This document shows, piece after piece, positions 19,206 through 29,013 of a stretch of 64,000 bases of DNA (the stretch's first letter is position 1; every line of letters begins with the position of its first letter). The notes under the pieces were generated by a model. That model was not told where the DNA came from and ran no database searches. It was given only the letters and a program-made list of their open reading frames with translations. The translations under genes and the position numbers were made by a program. Origin of the DNA: Patescibacteria group bacterium (GTDB lineage Bacteria; Patescibacteriota; Patescibacteriia; UBA9934); NCBI GenBank assembly GCA_038064675.1, contig JBBTSM010000002.1, forward strand, positions 145,852 through 209,851, read 5' to 3'.

Positions 19206-19882
19206 ACGGCTTTGTCGCTTTCGATTTTTCCATCGCGAATGAAAATGATGCGATCGGCGTGTTGGGCGACGTCGGGTTCATGCGTAATGAGAATAATGGT
19301 GCGCTTCTCATCGCGATTGAGTTTGCGGAATGTTTCAAGGACGATCAGTCCGGTGTGGGTATCGAGGTTTCCTGTGGGTTCGTCGGCGAGAATGAGAGAC
19401 GGCTGGTTTACGAGCGCACGAGCAATTGCGACGCGCTGAATCTGGCCACCGGAGAGCTGGTTGGAGAGATGGTGAAAGTATTGCTCGTCGAGTCCTGCGG
19501 ATTTCAAGGCTGCGGTAGCGATTTTTTCGCGCTCTTCTTTAGGAATCTGTTTGTAAACGAGTGGAAGCGTGACATTTCGCAGGGCGCTTGCACGCGGCAA
19601 AAGGTTAAACGCCTGAAAGACGAACCCGATATGCTCGCGACGAATGTCCGCCAACTCATCTTCTGATAACGTGGATGCATCTTTGCCGTCGAGGACATAG
19701 GCTCCACTCGTTGGCGTATCAAGCGCGCCCAAAATATGCATGAGCGTGCTTTTTCCTGAGCCAGATGGTCCCATGATCGCCACAAACTCCCCGTCGCGGA
19801 TGGTGAAGCTCACCCCTTTGAGAGCATCAAACGATCCTGCGCCAGTTACGTATGTCTTAGTGACGTTCTTTACTTCAATCAT
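19136..19882 (-). CDS. MacB/LolD-type ABC ATP-binding protein
   Basis: GPSGSGKST, LSGGQIQRVAIARAL, ADEPTGNLD, ITHE; start MIEVKNV. Confidence 0.95.
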   Translation of the reverse strand: MIEVKNVTKTYVTGAGSFDALKGVSFTIRDGEFVAIMGPSGSGKSTLMHILGALDTPTSGAYVLDGKDASTLSEDELADIRREHIGFVFQAFNLLPRASALRNVTLPLVYKQIPKEEREKIATAALKSAGLDEQYFHHLSNQLSGGQIQRVAIARALVNQPSLILADEPTGNLDTHTGLIVLETFRKLNRDEKRTIILITHEPDVAQHADRIIFIRDGKIESDKAVWLSLTCSKKHFLRFPVIRCARV

Positions 19883-19886
19883 AGGT

Positions 19887-21866
19887 TTAGCGAGGGAACG
19901 AGCCACTGAACCCACCAGAAGCGCCGCCTCCACCACCCAATATGCTCGAGGCAGACGAAGTGGCTGTTGACGTTGTACTGTTCGTTACCGTTCTCGTAAC
20001 CACATATTCGCCAGCGTTCAAACCGGAGACGATTTCGCTTTGTGTGTCGTTGGAAAGACCAACCCCCACGCTCACTTGGCGTGGCGGCGTGTTTGATGTG
20101 ACGCCCTGCGTGCCGCCAGTTTCCGTTGCGCCGTCGAGAACTTCAACGTAAGAGGAATCACCGTATGACTTCACCGCGCTACTCGAAACCACGACGACAT
20201 TTTGTCGAATGTCCGTGATGATGGAGATGTTGGCGCTCATGCCGGAAAGTACACGTTCATCTTCGGTATCAAGCGCGATGAGTACGTTGTAGCTCACAAC
20301 ACCCTGAGAGACGGTACCGATGGTGTCGATTTGGATGACCTTTCCAGTCGTGGTCAAATCCTCGATAGCATCGAACGTGAGCGTCGCACGGTCGTCGATG
20401 ACAACTTTCGCCACATCAACTTCATTCAGGGTCATTTGTGCCGTGAACTGGTCCGCGACAACGATTGCGAGCGCACTGCCCGACGATGCCATTTCACCAA
20501 CGTGCAAACTCACGCTCGCCAACGTTCCGCTGATCGGAGCGCGAACCGTATATTCTGCCAAGTCTTCGAGGGCATCGTTATATTTGTTGCGAGCATTCTC
20601 AAGACTCAGTTCCTGAGAACGGACATCAAGACTGTCGGTATCGACCGTAAGATCCGCAAGCTGCTGCTCTCGTTCGGCAACCGTTTCTTTAGCTTTAGCA
20701 ATCTCATCTTCGTCTGCACCGTCCATAACGTCGTCATAGTTTTCTTGTGTGGTTGCGAGACTGATCTTTGCTTCTTCAACGGTGTCTTCGGCATCCGCGA
20801 TTGAGTTTGGTGCACTCAAGTCCGTTTCCTCAATGGTATTTGCTGAAGATTGCAACGAGCTGATAATGCCATTTGTGGTAACGACATCCGCAGGAATAGT
20901 CGTCATCATTTCATCGATATGGTCGGCGATAGCAGAATTCTCATAGCCGTTATCCTCGACGCGATTCAAAAGAATCTGAGCGCTATTGAGCGCGTTGGAG
21001 ATGTCTTCGGTAACTTGAAGCGTAAGCGTAATAACCTCCACTTTGTCGTCCGTACTACTGTCTCGACTTGAGTTCTGAAACGCAGACCACGCATCGTCGT
21101 AAGAATTCTGCGCGGTGTCGTAATCGTTCAGCACATCATCGGAATACGAAGAGCTGGCCATGAGGTTGTAATACCCGATGTATTCCTCTCCGCTCTGTTC
21201 TGTGCCGATGAAATCGGACAAATCTGTCATGAGGCTCGTGATGTCCGTGAATGCTTCTGCCACGGCGTTATAGCCGTTCTCGGAAGCCGATTTGAGATCT
21301 TGTTGCGCGGAAGTCTGTATTTTGGTGAGGTTGCGCTCAGCTTGCGCAAGTGCACGCTCCGCATTATCAATTGCATCCTGCGCATCGCTTTGCTCTACGC
21401 TGGTAGGACTGTTTTCCAAATCGCTCAACGCTCTCTGTGCTTGCGCAAGAGCATTTTCTGCCTGAAGGAGCGAAAGCGTGTCGGGATCAGCCATCAGCTT
21501 TTCGTAAGCGATCTGCGCGCTCTCAAGGCTGATCCGCGCATCGCGCACGCTCTTTTGGGCATTCTTCGCATCCAGAACAGCGATGATGTCACCTTCCTCA
21601 ATCTGCTGGCCGCTTTTTGCGACGAGTTGAACAATTTTGCCAGACACCTCCGGCTTCACCTCGATTTCCGCTTCGCCTTGAACTTGTCCGGTGCCGGAAA
21701 CACTCGTCGTAAGCGTTTCTTGCGCTGCGACTTCAAGAACATACCGTGCTTGTGCGGTATCGGTGCTGAATGCTCGAACGATGAGGATTCCTCCCCCTAA
21801 CAATACAATACCGGCCAGTACTGCGGTTTTCTTTCGTTGACGGAGAAATTGATACATACGTTGCAT
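19887..21866 (-). CDS. HlyD/MacA-like adaptor with very long coiled-coil insertion
   Basis: N-terminal TM, SVSGTGQV, biotinyl-lipoyl-like halves, VRAPISG, NEVDVAKV, GMSAN, GLSNDTQSEIVSGL. Confidence 0.9.
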   Translation of the reverse strand: MQRMYQFLRQRKKTAVLAGIVLLGGGILIVRAFSTDTAQARYVLEVAAQETLTTSVSGTGQVQGEAEIEVKPEVSGKIVQLVAKSGQQIEEGDIIAVLDAKNAQKSVRDARISLESAQIAYEKLMADPDTLSLLQAENALAQAQRALSDLENSPTSVEQSDAQDAIDNAERALAQAERNLTKIQTSAQQDLKSASENGYNAVAEAFTDITSLMTDLSDFIGTEQSGEEYIGYYNLMASSSYSDDVLNDYDTAQNSYDDAWSAFQNSSRDSSTDDKVEVITLTLQVTEDISNALNSAQILLNRVEDNGYENSAIADHIDEMMTTIPADVVTTNGIISSLQSSANTIEETDLSAPNSIADAEDTVEEAKISLATTQENYDDVMDGADEDEIAKAKETVAEREQQLADLTVDTDSLDVRSQELSLENARNKYNDALEDLAEYTVRAPISGTLASVSLHVGEMASSGSALAIVVADQFTAQMTLNEVDVAKVVIDDRATLTFDAIEDLTTTGKVIQIDTIGTVSQGVVSYNVLIALDTEDERVLSGMSANISIITDIRQNVVVVSSSAVKSYGDSSYVEVLDGATETGGTQGVTSNTPPRQVSVGVGLSNDTQSEIVSGLNAGEYVVTRTVTNSTTSTATSSASSILGGGGGASGGFSGSFPR

Positions 21867-21980
21867 ATGATTTCTTCAGGAGTGGCAACACTATAAAAAA
21901 ACGCCAGTGAAGAAAGTGTAAAGAAGCGGCTACCAAAAAACGCCCGCGTGGGCGCTTTTGGAAGAACACTCCCGATGTAA

Positions 21981-22973
21981 CTAGGAAGCGCGGGAGATAG
22001 GAAGCATGATGGTGACCTTTGTTCCTTTGTCAGAAACACTCTGTATATCAATCTTGCCACGGTGGGCGCGTATCACCGCGTTGGCAATCGATAAGCCGAG
22101 CCCACTGCCGCCCGTGCCGCGAGAGCGGCTCTTTTCTGCCCGATAGAAACGATCAAATACATGCGCAATGTCTTCGGGATTCATGCCGATGCCTGTGTCG
22201 TCGATTTCAATAATGGCCTGAGACTGTGCTTCTGAAAGACGGACCTCGACGCTTCCACCAGACTTGTTGTAGCAAACAGCATTCTTGAGAACGTTGGCAA
22301 TAGCCTGCGAGAGCATCTGTTTATCGCCGAAGACGGTAACTTCAGCATCGGCGTTAACGAAGCAATCAATATTGATATCGTTTTTTGCGGCAAGTTCAGT
22401 AAATCGTTCAGTGGTTTCCCGAAGGAGCGGTGCGAGTTCCACGTTCTCCTTGTTTGGAATGTTGATATTTCGCTCCGCGAAATAAGAAAGCTGCAGCAAG
22501 TCCTCAACAAGTCGGGTCATGCGATGCACCTCTTCAAGATGACTTGTAATCTTCTTCTCCTCTTTCGTGTTCTTATTTCTTCGCAGCTGACTTTCGAGTC
22601 CTGTTTGCAAGATGGAAAGTGGTGTACGAAGTTCGTGCGAGGCATCGCCTAAGAATCGGCGTTGACGCTGATACGCGGAACGAATCGGACGCAGTGTTAA
22701 CCCCGCAAGACCGTAACTGAGTATTGCCGCAACAATAAGCAGCGCGCCATTCACCATGAGAATGGTACTTTGAAAATCTTGCTCAATATTGCGCATGTCC
22801 GGTCCGGGTGGCGGCATGAGCTCTGAAACTTCCTGCCCCGAAGTCGATTCATCAAACCGTGCGCGCAGACGTTCAGAAAAGATCGAGCGACTAATGCCAC
22901 TTGAGGAAGCCAAAATACCCGCAAGAATCATCACGTACACAACGGTGAGGACGATTCTTGTTTTGACGAACAT
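21981..22973 (-). CDS. Sensor histidine kinase
   Basis: DASHELRTPL H-box, NVLKNA, DTGIG, FDRFYR, GSGLGL. Confidence 0.95.
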   Translation of the reverse strand: MFVKTRIVLTVVYVMILAGILASSSGISRSIFSERLRARFDESTSGQEVSELMPPPGPDMRNIEQDFQSTILMVNGALLIVAAILSYGLAGLTLRPIRSAYQRQRRFLGDASHELRTPLSILQTGLESQLRRNKNTKEEKKITSHLEEVHRMTRLVEDLLQLSYFAERNINIPNKENVELAPLLRETTERFTELAAKNDINIDCFVNADAEVTVFGDKQMLSQAIANVLKNAVCYNKSGGSVEVRLSEAQSQAIIEIDDTGIGMNPEDIAHVFDRFYRAEKSRSRGTGGSGLGLSIANAVIRAHRGKIDIQSVSDKGTKVTIMLPISRAS

Positions 22974-22977
22974 GAGG

Positions 22978-23640
22978 CTAGACGAGTCGGTAGCCTTTCC
23001 CCCAAACGGTTTCAATGCGCTGCGCATATTCTTTTGGTAACTTCTTCCGTAAATTTTTTACATGGACGTTGACCACGTTGCTGAATTCGTCATGGAACCT
23101 ATCCCACACGTGGGAAAGAATGTCTTCCCGCGTGACGACGGCTCCGTGATTACGCAGGAGAAGTTCCAGCAAGCCGAATTCCCGGAGCGTGACATCGAGC
23201 TTTTTCTTTTTTATCCAGACTTGCTGCGATCGCGTGTCGAGATGTAAGTCATCCAGCTCAAGAACGTCTCCGGTGAGTTGCGGAGTGCGCCTCAGCACCG
23301 TTCGCATGCGTGCAAAGAGTTCGTCAAAAGAAAATGGCTTTACGAGGTAGTCATCTCCGCCGATATTTAATCCGGCGATTTTATCCTCCGTCGTATCCCG
23401 TGCAGTAAGAAAGATGACGGGGGTCTGTATTCCATGCGTGCGAAGATTCTGGCATACCGCCAATCCATCACGTTTGGGAAGCATGATATCCAAGATAATC
23501 AAATCGTAGCCGTTGATTCTTGCCAACGTTTCTCCTTCTTCACCGTCGAATCCAAAATCAACCGCATAGCCGCGGTCACGCAATTCTTCCACGATGTTTT
23601 CGTTTAATTTTGGTTCGTCTTCGACGACGAGAATTTTCAT
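22978..23640 (-). CDS. OmpR-family response regulator
   Basis: ILVVEDE, LDIMLP, FLTAR, DDYLVKPF, wHTH ending IETVWGKGY. Confidence 0.96.
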   Translation of the reverse strand: MKILVVEDEPKLNENIVEELRDRGYAVDFGFDGEEGETLARINGYDLIILDIMLPKRDGLAVCQNLRTHGIQTPVIFLTARDTTEDKIAGLNIGGDDYLVKPFSFDELFARMRTVLRRTPQLTGDVLELDDLHLDTRSQQVWIKKKKLDVTLREFGLLELLLRNHGAVVTREDILSHVWDRFHDEFSNVVNVHVKNLRKKLPKEYAQRIETVWGKGYRLV

Positions 23641-23801
23641 AGCGTAAGCACAATATACCCCGACTGGTGAAGAAATAGTGAAGCGTTCGCTGTTGTTATC
23701 ATTCTATCAGAACCATATTCTTTTATCCTGAACAACAGGAAGAGGAATTTGTTGCCCAGTAATTATTCGAACTCCATCACAATATTTGGTAAAATATCAG
23801 T

Positions 23802-24305
23802 ATGGGAAGAAAGGCTTTAATGAATCGCATGAAAATTCACAACACATTAAAACTCGTCTCCGCCATTGGTATCTCTGAGCTTGCGGGCATTATCGGATCG
23901 GTGTTCACGATGCCTTCCGTTACGAGTTGGTACGCGGAAATTGCGAAGCCAGTCATCAACCCTCCGGCATGGGTGTTCGGACCAGTCTGGACGACGCTCT
24001 TCGCTCTTATGGGCGTTGCTGCGTTTTTGGTATGGAGGAAGGGGTTGAAACGCAGGGATGTCAAAATCGCGCTCAGTATCTTTATTGGCCAGCTGATTTT
24101 CAATACGCTTTGGTCAATCATCTTCTTTGGTCTGCATAGTCCAGGTGGTGCGCTTGTGGAAATCGTGTTCCTCTGGTTTGCGATTGCGGCAACCATCATC
24201 GCCTTTGCCAAAGTCTCTAAGCCAGCCGCGTGGATTCTTGCGCCGTACATTCTTTGGGTCAGTTTCGCCGCGTATCTGAATTATTCGATTTGGATTCTCA
24301 ACTAA
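23802..24305 (+). CDS. tspO: TspO/MBR tryptophan-rich sensory protein
   Basis: WY...KP..NPPAWVFGPVWT, QL..N.LWS.IFFG, PY.LWV.FA..LN. Confidence 0.93.
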   Translation: MGRKALMNRMKIHNTLKLVSAIGISELAGIIGSVFTMPSVTSWYAEIAKPVINPPAWVFGPVWTTLFALMGVAAFLVWRKGLKRRDVKIALSIFIGQLIFNTLWSIIFFGLHSPGGALVEIVFLWFAIAATIIAFAKVSKPAAWILAPYILWVSFAAYLNYSIWILN

Positions 24306-24312
24306 TTTTTTT

Positions 24313-24771
24313 ATGAGTTTCGCCGAGTGGCTTGACGTTATAGGATTATTTTTACTTCTCGCCGGTTTTGTTATCGGTCTGGGGGCGGTGACCGTGATAG
24401 ATATCCACGGCTTTCTTGGGCGAACGTCGTTGTACTGGACCGAGGCCACAACCCGAACGCATAAAGTAACAAAGCCAATGATCTGGGCTGGCATTACTCT
24501 TGCCGTTGTTGGCGGTTTCATTTTCTACTGCGCACACGGCTTTTCCGGCATTCCGCTCGTGCATGCGTTCATCGCGTTGATCCTTGTCGTTAACGGCTTC
24601 TTTCTCTCTTTCAGCGTGAGTCCTTTCTTGCTGAAGCGTGAAAAAGAGGGTCGATCCGGAGAACTCTTGCCGGCTTCTTGGCAGAAGAAAATCATGGTTA
24701 GTCTCATTGTGTCCGATCTTGGTTGGTGGAGCGGATTGTTTTTGTTAGCTGTCTATCTTGTGGCCCGTTAA
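24313..24771 (+). CDS. Hypothetical membrane protein (4 TM)
   Basis: Four hydrophobic helices; operon with tspO. Confidence 0.75.
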   Translation: MSFAEWLDVIGLFLLLAGFVIGLGAVTVIDIHGFLGRTSLYWTEATTRTHKVTKPMIWAGITLAVVGGFIFYCAHGFSGIPLVHAFIALILVVNGFFLSFSVSPFLLKREKEGRSGELLPASWQKKIMVSLIVSDLGWWSGLFLLAVYLVAR

Positions 24772-24777
24772 ATACCT

Positions 24778-25290
24778 ATGAGAAAAAAGTTTGTTACGGT
24801 GAACGATACATTTCAGCAGGGTTACAGATACGAACTCACCGAACCGGCAGGACGGAACTTTCATTCTGATTTCACGCCGGAACTTAGCCCAAAGGACATG
24901 CTTGCGCTTGGCGTCTTTGGCGGCAAGTACATGACCGACTGCCAAAAAGAGTTCCCTAAAAGCTGGTTTACGCGTGCTAAGCTTTCACCCGAGCATCACG
25001 ATGACATGATCAATTTCTTTCACAAACATGCCAGCCAACCGTTAAAGGTTTGGCAGGAAAAAGGATGGATTAACGAAGAACACGATCCTCGCGGCTGGTT
25101 TCAGTGGTATTGCCGCTACTACATGGGTAGGCGACTCGGTGTTGAAGATGAGCGACAAATCAAGAGGTGGAAAGCTATTGGGCGGCACATAGCGCAGATT
25201 CGAAAGAATTGTCGGACGAAAGATTTGACCTGCCGCCCTGCGCAAAGACAAGCTGTTCTGCACTGGGCTTACGACAGCAGGAATATATAG
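24778..25290 (+). CDS. Conserved hypothetical protein
   Basis: LGVFGGKYM, W..KGWI...DPRGWFQWYCRY..GRR...D..QI.RW, RQA.LHWAYD motif-rich ORF. Confidence 0.8.
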   Translation: MRKKFVTVNDTFQQGYRYELTEPAGRNFHSDFTPELSPKDMLALGVFGGKYMTDCQKEFPKSWFTRAKLSPEHHDDMINFFHKHASQPLKVWQEKGWINEEHDPRGWFQWYCRYYMGRRLGVEDERQIKRWKAIGRHIAQIRKNCRTKDLTCRPAQRQAVLHWAYDSRNI

Positions 25291-25428
25291 AAAGGCTATG
25301 CCGTTATTGCCGATCTCAACAAGGATTTTGTTCGTACCTCCCACGATTGTGAACGAATACGCCATGTTTCATTTTGTAACATTTTGTCCGGTCCGTCTGC
25401 CTTTAAATTCCCCATTCGTTTATCTGCT

Positions 25429-25866
25429 ATGAAAAAATATTTTCATCCAAGCGAAGGCATATCGCAGACTCCGGAACTTTTAGAGTGCCCAAAGAGCGTC
25501 TTGGAGTATCTTAAGGAGAAGCATAAGGCGCTAAAGAGTTTTTATCGAACGCCTGACGGTCGTCATTCTGAAATTTGTAGCACGATTGCTCTGGAGATTG
25601 CTGAACTTTTCATCCAGGCTGGTTGCCGTCCTGATATTTGCGTCATTCGCGAGCGGGTTACCGAAGACGGTCTTGTTAGTTGGAAAAAACTTGTACCCGT
25701 GATGTTTCAAGGACTCGTAGAATGGTCCGCGCACATCGTGTGTTGTTACGGTGGAAAAGTATATGATCCTCTTCTTTCTGAGCCGATTCCCACAGAAGAG
25801 TACACATTGCGGATTTTTGGAGAAAGTATTCCAGTGCAGGTACTATTCCTCGAACGAGGTCGCTGA
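25429..25866 (+). CDS. Hypothetical protein with papain/transglutaminase-like Cys-His-Asp pattern
   Basis: ICSTIA ... WSAHIVC ... VYDP. Confidence 0.6.
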   Translation: MKKYFHPSEGISQTPELLECPKSVLEYLKEKHKALKSFYRTPDGRHSEICSTIALEIAELFIQAGCRPDICVIRERVTEDGLVSWKKLVPVMFQGLVEWSAHIVCCYGGKVYDPLLSEPIPTEEYTLRIFGESIPVQVLFLERGR

Positions 25867-25930
25867 TTCCACCGGGAGGTTAAAATAATAATCAGCTCAT
25901 CAAAGGGGCTTACTCTAAGGCGTATAAAAT

Positions 25931-26356
25931 ATGGTCACAATCAATCCCTACATCAACTTTAATGGTAATGCTGAGGAAGCATTTATGTTTTATCAATCGG
26001 TCTTTGGGGGAGAGATTGGAAAAATTATCCGCTTCAAGGACATCGCGAGTGCTGAGTTTCCAGTGCCTGAAAACGAAGCAAATAAAATAATGCGCATCGT
26101 TCTGCCTATCGGCGCAAGCGTTTTGATCGCGAACGATGTTCCAGAAAGCATGGGGTCCGTGAATGAAAACGAAAATAGATCTAAAATAGCGGTCATTGCA
26201 GAAAGCAAAGAAGAGGCAGAGAAAATATTCACCGGCCTTTCGCAGGGCGGAAGTGTAGAGATGCCTATGGGGCAGAGTCCGTGGGGCACATATTTTGCAA
26301 TGTTGCGAGATAAATTTGGTATTGAATGGACGGTGGAATTTACTGCAGAAATATAA
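25931..26356 (+). CDS. VOC/PhnB-family (glyoxalase-like) protein
   Basis: PYINFNGNAEEAFMFYQSVFGG, PWGTYFAMLRDKFGIEW. Confidence 0.92.
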   Translation: MVTINPYINFNGNAEEAFMFYQSVFGGEIGKIIRFKDIASAEFPVPENEANKIMRIVLPIGASVLIANDVPESMGSVNENENRSKIAVIAESKEEAEKIFTGLSQGGSVEMPMGQSPWGTYFAMLRDKFGIEWTVEFTAEI

Positions 26357-26462
26357 AAGTTTAGGGTTTTTCTTTTGAAAAATACAGATGCCCGGCTCCC
26401 TATGGTGGGGGAACCGGGCATATCGTGTGGCAGCTGCCGCGTTGGCGAACTGCCGGGGTCGT

Positions 26463-27029
26463 TCACGAGGGGCGGGGCGGCACCGGGACGGGGATGGCCG
26501 CCGGTGTGGTCGGCGCCGCCGCCGGGACGCTCTTGCCGTGGCTCCGGGCCTCGGGCGCCGGGGTGGGCGCGGTCGTGGCCTCGGGCGCCGCGGGGGCGAC
26601 CGGGGCGTCGGCGGCGGCGGGCGGCACGGGGGCCGCCGCGTCGCAGCCACCGTCCCACATCACCTGACAGCGCCCGGTCACCTCGAGGTCGCCGAGCTTG
26701 ACCGGCGTCTGAGACAGGGTGAGGACGCGATTCGGGGTCAGGATGTGGCCCGCCCCGTCGGTGAGGAACCCGTCCTGGTTGTCGTCGATCGATCCGGGAG
26801 TCGCGCCGTAGACCGTGATGACCCGCTTCGCGGCCCCGTCGCAGATCTTGAGGGTCGTGATCTTCCCGTGGGGGATCGTGATCGGGAAGCGACCCTTGTC
26901 ATCGGTCGGGGTATTGGTGTCGTAGCCGTCCGCTCCGGCGACGCAGGTGGTGCCGTTGGGGCTGTGGGGGTTGTTGATACCGGACTGCGCGCAGCCGGCG
27001 GCGAGGAGGAACAGAACGAGGTAGCGCAT
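26463..27029 (-). CDS. GC-rich putative lipoprotein with Pro/Ala-rich tail
   Basis: MRYLVLFLLAAG-C lipobox; GGAG 5 nt upstream; strong G/C bias at third codon positions. Confidence 0.75.
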   Translation of the reverse strand: MRYLVLFLLAAGCAQSGINNPHSPNGTTCVAGADGYDTNTPTDDKGRFPITIPHGKITTLKICDGAAKRVITVYGATPGSIDDNQDGFLTDGAGHILTPNRVLTLSQTPVKLGDLEVTGRCQVMWDGGCDAAAPVPPAAADAPVAPAAPEATTAPTPAPEARSHGKSVPAAAPTTPAAIPVPVPPRPS

Positions 27030-27194
27030 GCGATCTCCGAGGGAGGGGAGCCGGCCAGCCGAGGGGCTGGTTTGCGGCAGTTGCCCGGGAATCCGGGTGT
27101 TTGAAGGGCGAAGGAGGGCTTCGCCGCTCAAAATCCCGGACTCTCGCAGTTTCGCATGACGGGAAAGAATACCAGAAATAGTCGGAAAAGTCAA
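27030..27194 (-). promoter_or_regulatory. sigma70 promoter (TTGACT-17-TATTCT, extended -10) and structured leader
   Basis: Leader hairpin gcggcgaagccctccttcgccc, related to the leader hairpins at 35510 and 36351. Confidence 0.7.
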
Positions 27195-27206
27195 TATTCA
27201 AGGAAC

Positions 27207-27241
27207 AAAAAATCACCCCCGATTGCTCGGGAGTGATTTTT
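27207..27241 (-). terminator. Terminator of infC-rpmI-rplT
   Basis: aaaaatcactcccga-gcaa-tcgggggtgatttttt on the minus strand. Confidence 0.75.
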
Positions 27242-27245
27242 AGGT

Positions 27246-27590
27246 TTATTTAGCCGCTGCAACGATCTTTGCGAACACTTCTGGGTGCTTTTCTGCAACC
27301 TGGGCAAGAATCTTGCGGTCGATTGCGATATTGGACACCTTGAGCATGTTGATGAACCGGGAGTAGCTCAAGCCGAGTTCGTGAACTGCGGCGTTGATCT
27401 TTACGGTCCAAAGGGCACGGAAGGTGCGCTTCTTGGCACGGCGGTCGCGGAATGCGTACACACCAGCCTTGAGCATAGCCGGACGAGCGAGACGAATCTT
27501 GCTCTTTCGACCCCACTTGTAGCCCTTTACGCGAGCAAGCAGGTTCTTTCGGCGTTTTGTGTGTTGTGTACCACGTTTTACTCTTGGCAT
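27246..27590 (-). CDS. rplT: 50S ribosomal protein L20
   Basis: MPRVKRG, YAFRDRRAKKRTFRALW, INAA, SYSRFI, IDRKILA. Confidence 0.98.
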   Translation of the reverse strand: MPRVKRGTQHTKRRKNLLARVKGYKWGRKSKIRLARPAMLKAGVYAFRDRRAKKRTFRALWTVKINAAVHELGLSYSRFINMLKVSNIAIDRKILAQVAEKHPEVFAKIVAAAK

Positions 27591-27591
27591 A

Positions 27592-27792
27592 TTAGGAAAG
27601 ATTGTATGGCATCATCGCTTTCAGAGCGCGACGGATGGTGACGCCAAAGGAGACGTCGGAGCGCTTGTTGCGCGTAGTGTTCCCGGATTCACGGGAATTG
27701 AAGTGGCCTTGGCCAGCTTTTCGCTTGATAACCTTGCCTGTTCGTGTGATACGAACACGCTTGGACATCGCCTTATGAGTTTTCATTGCCAT
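27592..27792 (-). CDS. rpmI: 50S ribosomal protein L35
   Basis: MKTHKAMSKRVRITRTGKV; between infC and rplT. Confidence 0.96.
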   Translation of the reverse strand: MAMKTHKAMSKRVRITRTGKVIKRKAGQGHFNSRESGNTTRNKRSDVSFGVTIRRALKAMMPYNLS

Positions 27793-27862
27793 ACTGGGGT
27801 TTCTAAGATGTGCGAAGGTTAGTGGAAAACTGGCGTTCGGTCAAGGACAAGTGGGGAAGATT

Positions 27863-28420
27863 CTAGGTCTGACGAGCTAAAATCATGTTCATCCTTCCAT
27901 CAACCGCCTTTAAGGGGCTTTCAACGCGGATAGGATAATGGGTTCCCAATTGCTTCACAAAGTCATCAAATACGGCTCGGGCCACGTCGCCATGGGCGCG
28001 TTCTCGGCCGCGAAGGATCATTTCCACCTTTACTTTATCGCCTTGTTCAAAGAACTTTGCGGCCTGTTCTACACGGATCTGAAGGTCGCCGGAACCGATA
28101 CGCATGGAAAGGCGAATGCCCTTGATTTCCACCTCTTTACTTTGGGCGCGTTGCTTTCGCATCTCCTTTTCCTTCTGATATTTGAAATGGCTGTAGTCGG
28201 CGAATTTACACACTGGTGGCTCGGCTAATGGCGAAACCTCGATAAGATCCATGCCCTTCTCCCGTGCGAGTTCAATAGCCTTCGCGGTGGTCATGACGCC
28301 AAGCGGCTTACCCTCGTCATCAATAACGCGCACTTCTGGTGCGAGAATATTGTGGTTTGCCTTAAATTCCTGAATTTCGAACTTCGGCTTCTGAAATCTT
28401 CGATGTCTGTGGATGCGCAT
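27863..28420 (-). CDS. infC: Translation initiation factor IF-3
   Basis: EVRVID, DLIEVSP.AEPPVCK, KFFEQGDKVKV...RGRE. Confidence 0.97.
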   Translation of the reverse strand: MRIHRHRRFQKPKFEIQEFKANHNILAPEVRVIDDEGKPLGVMTTAKAIELAREKGMDLIEVSPLAEPPVCKFADYSHFKYQKEKEMRKQRAQSKEVEIKGIRLSMRIGSGDLQIRVEQAAKFFEQGDKVKVEMILRGRERAHGDVARAVFDDFVKQLGTHYPIRVESPLKAVDGRMNMILARQT

Positions 28421-28483
28421 TTCTGTAGGGTTAAAGTTAGCGAAATGATAGACTAAAATGAAAAATTATGCTAGTATTTTGCT

Positions 28484-28882
28484 GGGCTTGACGGGTTTCG
28501 ATACTCTTCGGATCCTCACAAATCACGCCGGAAGGGCACCATATTCCGTAATCCCGTGGTGCAACGAGATACTTGCAAACGCATTCTCAAAGGTGAAGAG
28601 CATGATCGCTTCGGCGTTCAGCGTTCCTTCATTCTCATTGGTTACCGCCTAAGGGCCGCAACCCATCCACTTCGCAATGCCTCATAGCGGATGTTGGGTG
28701 CAATATTATGAGACTATAGGCGTTCTCTTGTTCGCTCAGAGAACGTAACCCGTTGCAGCGAAATCGTGTCGATGATTCTTGTTCCGTCTTATCATCGCCC
28801 CGTATCCGACGGAACTGCGCGTGGAACAAATTTGTTTGGTGAGGTGGGGTAGACGAGGGTTCAACTCCCTCCAGGTCCACCA
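28484..28882 (+). ncRNA. ssrA: tmRNA; predicted tag ORF 28575-28652 (ANAFSKVKSMIASAFSVPSFSLVTA*)
   Basis: 5' GGGCTTGACGGGTTTCGA pairs with 3' CAGGTCC-ACCA with G3.U wobble; T arm gagggttcaactccctc; adjacent to smpB. Confidence 0.93.
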
Positions 28883-28883
28883 T

Positions 28884-29004
28884 AAAACCCCGTAATTTCG
28901 TCCAGGACGTTGTCAGAAAACTCCGCGGCGCCTCAACGTACCATGAAGTACGCCTCGGCGCCTGCTCGTTTTCTTCCTAGTCCTGAACAAAATTACGGGG
29001 TTTT
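28884..29004. repeat. Palindromic repeat family 1 (divergent arms)
   Basis: aaaaccccgtaattt...aaattacggggtttt with central cctcaacgtaccatgaagtacgcctcgg. Confidence 0.8.
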
Positions 29005-29013
29005 GTATTTGCC

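Noticed and set aside
28458-28883. ORFs 28458-28652(+) and 28635-28883(-)
   Set aside because: They overlap the tmRNA: the first contains the tag reading frame, the second is antisense to the tRNA-like 3' end
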